Assembly (NCBI GenBank): GCA_043718505.1
Contig: JAYSVN010000029.1
Span: 1-48,580 of the forward strand
DNA: 48,580 bases
From: Minisyncoccota bacterium
GTDB taxonomy: Bacteria > Patescibacteriota > Minisyncoccia > Phycocordibacterales > UBA9973
Direction of reading: 5' to 3'
Shown here: piece by piece, positions 28,142 through 35,135 of the stretch
How the letters are laid out: the number at the start of each line of letters is the position of its first letter
Numbering within the stretch: position 1 is the stretch's first letter
Made by a program: the position numbers and the translations under genes
Notes under the pieces: generated by a model
Databases searched by the model: none
What the model was told of the DNA's origin: nothing
The model's input: the letters and a program-made list of their open reading frames with translations, nothing else

Positions 28142-29182
28142 TTAAATCGAAAAATCCTTCAAGCTATAGAGGTCTGCTTCTTTCTCTTCTTCCGCTCTTT
28201 TTATTTCTTCTTCTGAACGATCGTCCATTGGTTCAAATGGCACATCGCCCGCCGGCGTTTCAGCAGTAATTTCAGTCGTATCGGGATTGGCCGAAACAAA
28301 TCGCTCAAGCATTTCTGATGTTTCCCTCGGTGCATCGGAATGTTTAATCATGCTAAGAATATGGTGCAGATCTTCAGGTGTAAAGAAATCAATCATAATT
28401 TTACCGCCGACATCTTTTTGTTCAATATGAACACGCGTGCCGAGAGCGTCCTGAAAGCGCTCTTCGATTTCCATAATTTCCGGATTTGGCAAAAGCTCTC
28501 GTTTGCGTGCTTTTTCAACAGCGATTCGGCGCGCAATCCTTTCGGCTTCACGCACGGAAATTCGCTTGATTATTATTTCTTTAAATAATACAAGCTGCTC
28601 ATCGGGACGATCATTGAGCATCATGAGCGGACGCGTATGCCCTTCAGAAATTTTTCCTTCCGACAAAGCATTCAAAATATCCTGGGGCAACATGAGAATA
28701 CGGACAGTGTTGGAAACATACTCACGGCTCTTGCCAACTTTTTTTCCAACCTGGACGAAAGTAAATTTAAATTCATCAATGAGTCGCTGAAAGGCGCGGG
28801 CTCTCTCAACTGCATTAAGATCCTCACGCTGGACGTTTTCAATAATTGCCAGTTCGAGCTTCGTCATCGGCGTATCACCCATTCGGATAAGACATGGTAC
28901 TTCGCGAATACCAGCCAATTTTGAGGCACGCAAGCGACGCTCACCGGCAATGAGTTCATATTCGGTTACTAGGCCGCTGTCAGTTTCCCTTTCATTGCGC
29001 GAAACAGTGAGTGGCTGCAGGAGTCCATACTGGCGAATTGAATCAGCCAAATCCTTTAGTGCTGCCTCTTCGAATTCACGACGAGGCTGGTATGGATTTG
29101 GTACGATTTTATCAACTTCGATAAAGAAAACTGAACTGGACTGATTTTGCATGCAGTAAGTATATACAATTTTATAGAGCAC
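28142..29182 (-). CDS. parB: ParB/Spo0J-family partition protein
   Basis: ParB N-domain with GERRLRA, an HTH, and an acidic C-terminus. The start may be the Met at 29152. Confidence 0.85.
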   Translation of the reverse strand: MLYKIVYTYCMQNQSSSVFFIEVDKIVPNPYQPRREFEEAALKDLADSIRQYGLLQPLTVSRNERETDSGLVTEYELIAGERRLRASKLAGIREVPCLIRMGDTPMTKLELAIIENVQREDLNAVERARAFQRLIDEFKFTFVQVGKKVGKSREYVSNTVRILMLPQDILNALSEGKISEGHTRPLMMLNDRPDEQLVLFKEIIIKRISVREAERIARRIAVEKARKRELLPNPEIMEIEERFQDALGTRVHIEQKDVGGKIMIDFFTPEDLHHILSMIKHSDAPRETSEMLERFVSANPDTTEITAETPAGDVPFEPMDDRSEEEIKRAEEEKEADLYSLKDFSI

Positions 29183-29288
29183 AGCTAGATGAAATAAAAT
29201 TTAAAAAATGTTAAAAATCTGTGCAATAACTAGAAAAAAAGGTGGAAAACTGGTAGTATGCGCAGAAGCTATACAGGATAGCAAAAAT

Positions 29289-29370
29289 GCCGGAGTGGCG
29301 AAATTGGTAACCGCAATCGACTCAAAATCGATCGTCGCAAGACTTGGGAGTTCGAGTCTCCCCTCCGGCA
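29289..29370 (+). tRNA. tRNA-Leu (anticodon CAA)
   Basis: Hand-folded type II tRNA. Acceptor GCCGGAG/CTCCGGC, anticodon loop CTCAAAA, long variable arm, T-arm GGGAG-TTCGAGT-CTCCC. Confidence 0.85.
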
Positions 29371-29417
29371 CATTGACTAATCTCTAGAAAGAATCTATAG
29401 TCTCAGAAAACAAGATA

Positions 29418-29864
29418 ATGGAAAAATTCTTTCTAAGTATAACCGCTCAGAAAATCCGGCGACTTAACAAAGTAGAGAAAATCTGGTTGGGTGATCATTT
29501 CTCGGAACAAACATTGACACCTAATCTCTCTCGAAGACCAATGAAGGTCAGGTTAAAACACTTTGAATTCGGTAAAAATATCATGACTAGTAAGCTGGCT
29601 CAACTTATTTTAAAAGCTGCAAATAAGCCAAGTTTTTGCCTTGATATTGAAACCAGCTCGTTCGGCTTTTATCCGATCTTTGCTCTCATCCATATTCCAA
29701 AAGGCAGTGGCCTGAATTGTGAAGTCATTAAATGGACAGATGGGTTAATGCCGGAAGAAACACACAAAATTCTGCTCAGGAAAACGTATTCTATAGCCAA
29801 TAAATTCAAACGGACTTTAGCGGGGCTAGAAAAGCTATACGAGCTAAGCCATTACGAATACTAA
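29418..29864 (+). CDS. hypothetical protein (148 aa) with a possible DEDD Exo-I-like motif
   Basis: ORF between two tRNA-Leu genes with its own terminator. The segment FCLDIETSSFGFYPIFALIHI resembles the Exo I motif of DEDDy exonucleases, but no Exo II/III motifs follow. Confidence 0.4.
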   Translation: MEKFFLSITAQKIRRLNKVEKIWLGDHFSEQTLTPNLSRRPMKVRLKHFEFGKNIMTSKLAQLILKAANKPSFCLDIETSSFGFYPIFALIHIPKGSGLNCEVIKWTDGLMPEETHKILLRKTYSIANKFKRTLAGLEKLYELSHYEY

Positions 29865-29887
29865 ACCCGCTTAGGCGGGTTTTTTTA
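29864..29887 (+). terminator. rho-independent terminator
   Basis: AAACCCGC-ttag-GCGGGTTT followed by TTTTT. Confidence 0.75.
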
Positions 29888-29934
29888 TACCGGTTTTGTA
29901 AAAATGCTTTCAAAATGTATAGTTAGGGCCATGC

Positions 29935-30016
29935 CGTGGTGGCGAAATTGGCAGACGCACTACGTTCAGGTCGTAGCGAGAGCAATCTCGTGGGAGTTCA
30001 AGTCTCCCCCACGGCA
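29935..30016 (+). tRNA. tRNA-Leu (anticodon CAG)
   Basis: Acceptor GCCGTGG/CCACGGC, anticodon stem CTACG/CGTAG with loop TTCAGGT, long variable arm, T-arm GGGAG-TTCAAGT-CTCCC. Confidence 0.85.
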
Positions 30017-30023
30017 CATAGTT

Positions 30024-30935
30024 ATGCAAACAGGAATTAAAGAAAAAATCAGCGCAGCGCCAGTCGGCAAAACAAAAAGTGTAAAACAAAAGCCACTCGT
30101 CATGGCTATTGTCGGACCAACAGCAATCGGTAAATCGGCATATGCAATCGGTCTCGCCAAAAAGGTAAACGGTGAAATTATTTCAGCTGATTCACGACAG
30201 GTATATAAAGGCCTTGATATAGGATCGGGAAAAATTGCTAAAAAAGAAATGGGTGATATTCCGCACCACATGCTCGACGTGGCAAAACCTTCCCAGATTT
30301 TTTCAGCGCATGATTTTAAAACTGGGGCCGGAAAACATATTGAAGATATTCTCGCTCGGGGCAAAACACCAATTATAGTTGGCGGTACTGGTTTTTATGT
30401 TGATACACTTTTTGGTACCTGGAATTTACCTGATGTGCCGCCAAACATTGCTTTGCGAAAGAAACTAGAGAAAGAAAGTGCCGAAAAACTTTTCAAAACG
30501 GTTGAAAAAATTGATCCTGCACGCGCCAAAATGCTTGATCCAAGAAACAAGGCTCGGCTCATTCGTTCGATTGAAATTGCAAAAGCAATCGGCAAAGTAC
30601 CAAAAATTACAAAGAAAAAACTGCCCTACCAGGTTGTCTGGATTGGTTTGAAATCTAGCCGTGATGTTTTGCGTAAAAAAATAGCCGCTCGCACCAAAAA
30701 ACAACTATACCAGGGCATGATTGAAGAAGTCGCCGAACTTCACCAAAACGGTTTAAGTTGGAAACGCCTCCATGCGCTTGGGCTTGAACAAAGGCTGTGC
30801 GCAATGTATTTGCAGGGTAAAATTACCAAAGCAGAACTGGAAAAAATGTTACTCGATAAAATTTATCAATATGCTATTCGTCAAATGCGCTGGTTTGGCA
30901 GGAATAAAGAAATTGGGTGGGTTGAGGTGAAATAA
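30024..30935 (+). CDS. miaA: tRNA dimethylallyltransferase
   Basis: P-loop GPTAIGKS and the SADSRQVYKGLDIGSGK motif. The track ORF begins inside tRNA-Leu(CAG); I moved the start to the Met at 30024. Confidence 0.88.
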   Translation: MQTGIKEKISAAPVGKTKSVKQKPLVMAIVGPTAIGKSAYAIGLAKKVNGEIISADSRQVYKGLDIGSGKIAKKEMGDIPHHMLDVAKPSQIFSAHDFKTGAGKHIEDILARGKTPIIVGGTGFYVDTLFGTWNLPDVPPNIALRKKLEKESAEKLFKTVEKIDPARAKMLDPRNKARLIRSIEIAKAIGKVPKITKKKLPYQVVWIGLKSSRDVLRKKIAARTKKQLYQGMIEEVAELHQNGLSWKRLHALGLEQRLCAMYLQGKITKAELEKMLLDKIYQYAIRQMRWFGRNKEIGWVEVK

Positions 30936-31000
30936 AAACTAATAGATTACCCCCGTAAGATTATGGTTGGATATCCCAATTTGTGACATCCAAATACTTG

Positions 31001-31071
31001 CGGGCCCACGAGGATTCGAACCTCGGTCGCTCGTTTTGGAGACGAGCATTCTACCACTGAACTATAGGCCC
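31001..31071 (-). tRNA. tRNA-Trp (anticodon CCA)
   Basis: Reverse complement folds as GGGCCTA / D-arm / CTCGT-CTCCAAA-ACGAG / T-arm CGAGG-TTCGAAT-CCTCG / TGGGCCC-G. Confidence 0.8.
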
Positions 31072-31113
31072 GTAGCCCTATTTATAACTTTCTCGAGCCA
31101 TTTTGGCAATGAT

Positions 31114-32639
31114 TTAGTATCCCGGGAAATAATCCGTTATTATTTTCTTTTTCTCAATACCCATTTTCCCAAGCATACTTTCATAATTCTCAACCATAGC
31201 ATCAGGTCCCGACAGATAAAATGTTCGCTCAGAAAAATCAGGAATAATACGCCTAATCATTTCGGGAGTAATACGTCCGGTCTCGCCCTGCCAATCTTTA
31301 TTCGGCTCTGAAACAATATACGTAGTTTTGAGTCCGATTTCATTTTTTACTTTTTCAAATAGATCCTGATAGGCAAAATCTTTTTCAGTGACGGCCTGAT
31401 AGAAAAGATGAATATTCCTTTTTTCGTGTTTATCCGCTAAATATTTAATCATGCTGCGATATGGCGTAACACCAATGCCTCCTGCAATGAAGACTAATTT
31501 TTCAGCAGTATTTTTTGGTAAAACAAAATCGCCGGCTAAATGTGAGGATATAAATTGATCTTTTTCTTTTATATTGAATAGTTTCTTCTTAAACGTACTC
31601 CCCTTATCCTGATCTATTTTTGTAGAAAGATGAATTTCTTTTTCCGTTGGCGATGAGGCAATAGTGAAGAATCTCCTATTACCTCTTGTGTCTGGTTTAT
31701 CATGAGGCAATGTCCATTCCAGATACTGTCCTGGTTTAAAAAAAAGTTTCTGGTCGGGTAAAAAAGCAAAGTCATATATTTTACTTGAAAGCTGTTTGCG
31801 CTCCAGAAAGCGAAGTTTTAATTTTAATTTATAACTAGCTAGGTAAGAAAAAATGTTACCGATAATGAGTGACATTTCGGGCGTCGCATAAACTGTGCCG
31901 ATACGCAATTGTGAAGAAAAAAGTGCGCCGACAATTATTCCGTAGATAATTTGATTTTTCTTTGTTGGCGGTGTAGTGAGAGGTTCGGTAAACATAATGA
32001 GACCGAAGAAAATGAGCTGCCAGGAAAAAATTATTTCTTTTATAAACGCGGCGGCGCTAACATTACTCGGTAAAACATAAACAAAAATTGCCACAACTAT
32101 ACTTGCCAGGGAAAATGCCAAAACCATGGCTCCTCGACGAAGCTTTCTGACGATAAGGAGACCGATTACAAGAGTAAAAATATTGAGTACAGGATTGGCC
32201 ATCCACCAAATAACTGCCCCGCTACCGATTAAACCAATAATAACTGCCGTAACTGCGGCGGGATTAAAAATGTGCTTTCGCTTAATCGCTAACACATATT
32301 TCGAAAGCATAGCAATAACAGCTGCACCGGCTAGAATGAGAGCATTGTGAACACTGGTCGCCGGCTGAAGTAAAAAGAAAAGAATGAAGCCGGTTATCCA
32401 AACTGATTCAACGTTGCGAGGAGCCTTCCAAAGTTTAGAAAAAATAACATTTGAGAAATTAGCAAAAAATAAAATAATCACTATCGACAAAATAAGCGCC
32501 AGGCCGGAAAAGCTAAATTGCCTGGCAAATCCAAGTACAAATGCTATCAAAGCCAGCAGAGATAGCCCGTACAGAACTAGTCTGTACATGGTTATACTAT
32601 TGAGAAATTTGTCGATGCGATTTATTGAGGTTGTCATGA
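31114..32639 (-). CDS. membrane-embedded oxidoreductase: polytopic TM domain fused to an FNR-like FAD/NAD(P)-binding domain
   Basis: About 270 aa of TM helices, including a KHIFNPAA segment. The C-terminal FNR module follows, with RRFFTIASSP (the RxYS FAD motif) and IAGGIGVTPYRSM (NAD(P) GGxGxxP). Start set at MTTSINR (32637-32639). Confidence 0.7.
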
Positions 32640-32641
32640 TG

Positions 32642-32815
32642 TGGGCAATTGAGGAATCGAACCTCACTCCGAGAAATAATACTTCCCGTTCGGCTAAAGC
32701 CGACCACGCTGCCCGTAACCCCGCCGAAGCGGGGCTCGAGCGTTGCGCCGCAATAATATTGAAGCGTTGAGCTCTTGACCTACGTCGTCTTACGACGACA
32801 TTGCAGGCCCGTTTG
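32642..32815 (-). ncRNA. unassigned structured RNA element with a tRNA-like 3' end (T-arm and acceptor 3' strand) and GNRA/UUCG-capped hairpins
   Basis: On the minus strand the segment ends ...TGAGG-TTCGATT-CCTCA-ATTGCCC-A, a canonical T-arm plus 3' acceptor strand. It is preceded by the hairpins CGTCGTC-GTAA-GACGACG, CCCCGC-TTCG-GCGGGG and TCGGC-TTTA-GCCGA. I could not find a proper 5' acceptor strand, D-arm or a sensible anticodon. The boundaries are approximate. Confidence 0.35.
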
Positions 32816-32943
32816 TATTCTTCACTTTATCAATGAAGATTAAGTGAAGTTAAAAAGAACAAAGTAAAAAGGAAAAATCCCTTTTACTTACATATTTTAC
32901 TTTAAAACACAATTATTGGAAAGTAAATAGGCCGATATGCATA

Positions 32944-32975
32944 CGAAAAAATCCCGCTTTCGCGGAATTTTTTCT
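32944..32975 (-). terminator. rho-independent terminator after rpmG
   Basis: CCGC-tttc-GCGG hairpin with a plus-strand AAAAAA upstream (a T-run on the minus strand). Confidence 0.5.
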
Positions 32976-32989
32976 TAATAATTTCTTGA

Positions 32990-33151
32990 TTACTTCTTAA
33001 CTTCTTTGTGCATTGTGGTTTTTTTGCACCACTTGCAATACTTTTTGAGCTCGATCTTTTTAGTAACGAGTTTCTTATTTTTGCTAGACCAATAGTTGAC
33101 GTGTTTGCACGTCCCGCAGGCCAATTTGATGAGTCTGTCTTGTGATCCCAT
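32990..33151 (-). CDS. rpmG: 50S ribosomal protein L33
   Basis: I translated this by hand; at 53 aa it was below the track's size cut-off. MGSQDRLIKLACGTCKHVNYWSSKNKKLVTKKIELKKYCKWCKKTTMHKEVKK carries both bL33 CxxC zinc knuckles and the KNKK/KLELKKYC pattern. The 106-aa track ORF 32902-33222 is an out-of-frame overlap. Confidence 0.85.
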   Translation of the reverse strand: MGSQDRLIKLACGTCKHVNYWSSKNKKLVTKKIELKKYCKWCKKTTMHKEVKK

Positions 33152-33241
33152 AGTTCGGCCATAGTACTATAAAAGTTTGATTTCCGCAAGAAATAGGCTT
33201 TGGGAGCAAAATAAACGCTCATGGTATAATTTCAACCATAT

Positions 33242-33799
33242 ATGGATACAACAACTTTCGGTTTTCGCGAAGTAGTGGTCATCGTTCATGCTTTGTCTGC
33301 TGCTGTAGGCATCGGCACGGTTCTGGCGACTGACTACCTTTTTATGAAGTTTCTCCGCGACCACAGGGTTACGCAGGACGAAGTTAAGATAATGAGAAGT
33401 CTTTCAGAAATGATCTGGATTGCTCTTGGCGCACTTATTCTTTCGGGAATATATTTGGCAGCAACACAGTCCGGCATTCTTGAATCACCAAAATTCCTGC
33501 TCAAAATCACAGTTGTCGGTATGACTTTCTTGAATGGTCTTTTGCTCAATATTTTTGTCACACCAAAGCTTCATAAAATCGCTTTCCATGAAGCACACAC
33601 TCAGCCGGGTGACGAGCCGGACCATGTCCGCAAAATTGCCGTTATTGCCGGCGGTGTTTCAGTTTTTTCCTGGCTATTGGCTTTTATTTTAGGATCGATT
33701 GATGTCATTCCCTTTTCACTTGGTATCGGCATCACAGTCTATTTTGCGATTTTGATTGTTATTGTTATAGGAGCTAGTTTTACGAAGAAGAAAAGATAG
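33242..33799 (+). CDS. hypothetical polytopic membrane protein
   Basis: 185 aa with 5-6 hydrophobic helices; ends KKKR. Confidence 0.5.
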   Translation: MDTTTFGFREVVVIVHALSAAVGIGTVLATDYLFMKFLRDHRVTQDEVKIMRSLSEMIWIALGALILSGIYLAATQSGILESPKFLLKITVVGMTFLNGLLLNIFVTPKLHKIAFHEAHTQPGDEPDHVRKIAVIAGGVSVFSWLLAFILGSIDVIPFSLGIGITVYFAILIVIVIGASFTKKKR

Positions 33800-33863
33800 G
33801 GTATTTACATTTATTTTATTTAAAATAAAGATTTCCTTTATCTCTGTTTGGTATAATTACTGG

Positions 33864-34469
33864 ATGCCGAGATTAGACCAGAAATTATATCCTCAAATAA
33901 AAGCTCTTTACGAGAGTGGTTTTCCAATGACTAGAATTGCTAAGCATTACAACGTAACACTTGATACTGTTACATATGCCATGAGAAAGGGTAAAATTCC
34001 TCGTAGAAATATGAAAGAGGTACAAGCACTTAGGTTTAAACAAAAAATTCCATCATTCACAATCAACAAACCCAAGACGCAGGCTGAAAAAAATATCATT
34101 ACTACGGGTGTAGCTTTATATTGGGCTGAAGGCTATAAAACAAACAGGGCCAAAGGTATAGATTTTGCAAATAGTGATCCATCAATGATTTTGGTATTTA
34201 TGAAATTTCTTCGTACCTGTTATGAATTAGATGAAAGTCGATTGAGGGCCTCATTGTATGCCTATAGTGACCAAAACATTAATGAGCTTACAGATTATTG
34301 GAGTAATGTAACTGCTATTCAGAAATCACAGTTCATAAAGCCATATATTCGGACTGATTTTAAAATATATGGCAGAAAAATGAAGTACGGCCTTGTTCAT
34401 GTTCGATATAATGACAAAAAGCTACTTTTTGATATAATGGGGCGCATCGAGGTTTTGAGACGAGAATAA
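33864..34469 (+). CDS. HTH + LAGLIDADG-like (homing-endonuclease-like) protein, paralog B
   Basis: N-terminal HTH (ESGFPMTRIAKHYNVTLDTVTYAMRKGK), the motif LYWAEGYK, NSDP...YW.N, and a KYGLVHVRYNDKKL block. It aligns with ORF 3642-4328 along the whole core. Its stop codon is 1 nt before tRNA-Tyr. Confidence 0.6.
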   Translation: MPRLDQKLYPQIKALYESGFPMTRIAKHYNVTLDTVTYAMRKGKIPRRNMKEVQALRFKQKIPSFTINKPKTQAEKNIITTGVALYWAEGYKTNRAKGIDFANSDPSMILVFMKFLRTCYELDESRLRASLYAYSDQNINELTDYWSNVTAIQKSQFIKPYIRTDFKIYGRKMKYGLVHVRYNDKKLLFDIMGRIEVLRRE

Positions 34470-34470
34470 T

Positions 34471-34554
34471 GCGCCGGTGGCGGAGTGGTCAATCGCATTT
34501 GGCTGTAAACCAAACGTCCTCGCGACTACGAAGGTTCGAATCCTTCCCGGCGCA
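34471..34554 (+). tRNA. tRNA-Tyr (anticodon GTA)
   Basis: Type II tRNA. Acceptor GCGCCGG/CCGGCGC, anticodon stem TTTGG/CCAAA with loop CTGTAAA, 15-nt variable arm, T-arm GAAGG-TTCGAAT-CCTTC. Confidence 0.85.
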
Positions 34555-34583
34555 CAAATAAACTGAACTTTAAAAACTGAAAA

Positions 34584-35111
34584 ATGGAAGAGGAAGAAAA
34601 CACTAAATTTCCCGCTATTACTGAAAATATATTAGCCATGTGCAAACTGGATCAGGACATGAGAGAAAGAACCCTCGATACATCTTTTACCGACGAGGAT
34701 GTACAGATCGATAGAGATAACACAACAAATATGCAGATTATTGTTAATTCAATAGGATGGCCTACAATTTCAAAAGTCGGCAAAACTGCCTAAGATGCAG
34801 CCTGGCTTTTGGTTCAATATGCTGACCACGATATTGATTTTCAAAAGCAATGTTTACAGCTTATGAAAGAAGCCGCTCCTGGTGAAGTTACTTTATTTAC
34901 AATTGCGTACCTTGAAGACCGCGTTCGAGTTAACTTGAAGCAAAATCAACTGTATGGAACTCAATGTAATGAAATTGAAGGAAGGTTTGTTCCCCGACCT
35001 ATTGAGGATCTTCAGAATGTTAATAAGAGGAGAAAGGCTATGGGGCTCGGCACACTTGAAGAAGGCATCGCTCATATGTACAAAAAGTATAATAAAAAAA
35101 CACCCGATTAA
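34584..35111 (+). pseudogene. hypothetical protein interrupted by a single in-frame TAA (34791-34793): two same-frame ORFs, 34584-34793 and 34809-35111
   Basis: The two track ORFs are in the same frame (225 nt apart) with exactly one stop between them. The continuous conceptual protein is ...SKVGKTA*DAAWLLVQYADHDIDFQ... A strong terminator closes the locus. Confidence 0.45.
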
Positions 35112-35130
35112 AGGTGTTTTTTATTTTATC
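35093..35130. terminator. bidirectional rho-independent terminator
   Basis: ACACC-cgattaaa-GGTGT hairpin flanked by an A7 run and a T6 run, between convergent genes. Confidence 0.7.
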
Positions 35131-35135
35131 ACTTA

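Noticed and set aside
29904-30023. N-terminal extension of the miaA ORF
   Set aside because: The extension runs through tRNA-Leu(CAG). The real start is the Met at 30024, just after the tRNA.
30967-31311. 114-aa plus-strand ORF
   Set aside because: It overlaps tRNA-Trp (31001-31071, minus) and the 3' end of the oxidoreductase gene, and has no supporting features.
32384-32770. 128-aa plus-strand ORF
   Set aside because: It is antisense to the oxidoreductase N-terminus and to the structured tRNA-like RNA segment; I take it as a frame artefact.
32642-32940. tmRNA (ssrA) hypothesis for the tRNA-like RNA region
   Set aside because: No 5' GGGG..acceptor partner, no resume codon or tag-peptide ORF ending in AA-stop, and the GC-rich structured part is only ~170 nt. 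I keep it as an unassigned tRNA-like element.
32902-33222. 106-aa track ORF on the minus strand
   Set aside because: It is out of frame with, and overlaps, the genuine 53-aa rpmG (bL33) gene. Its sequence is low-complexity, and the rpmG frame explains the region.
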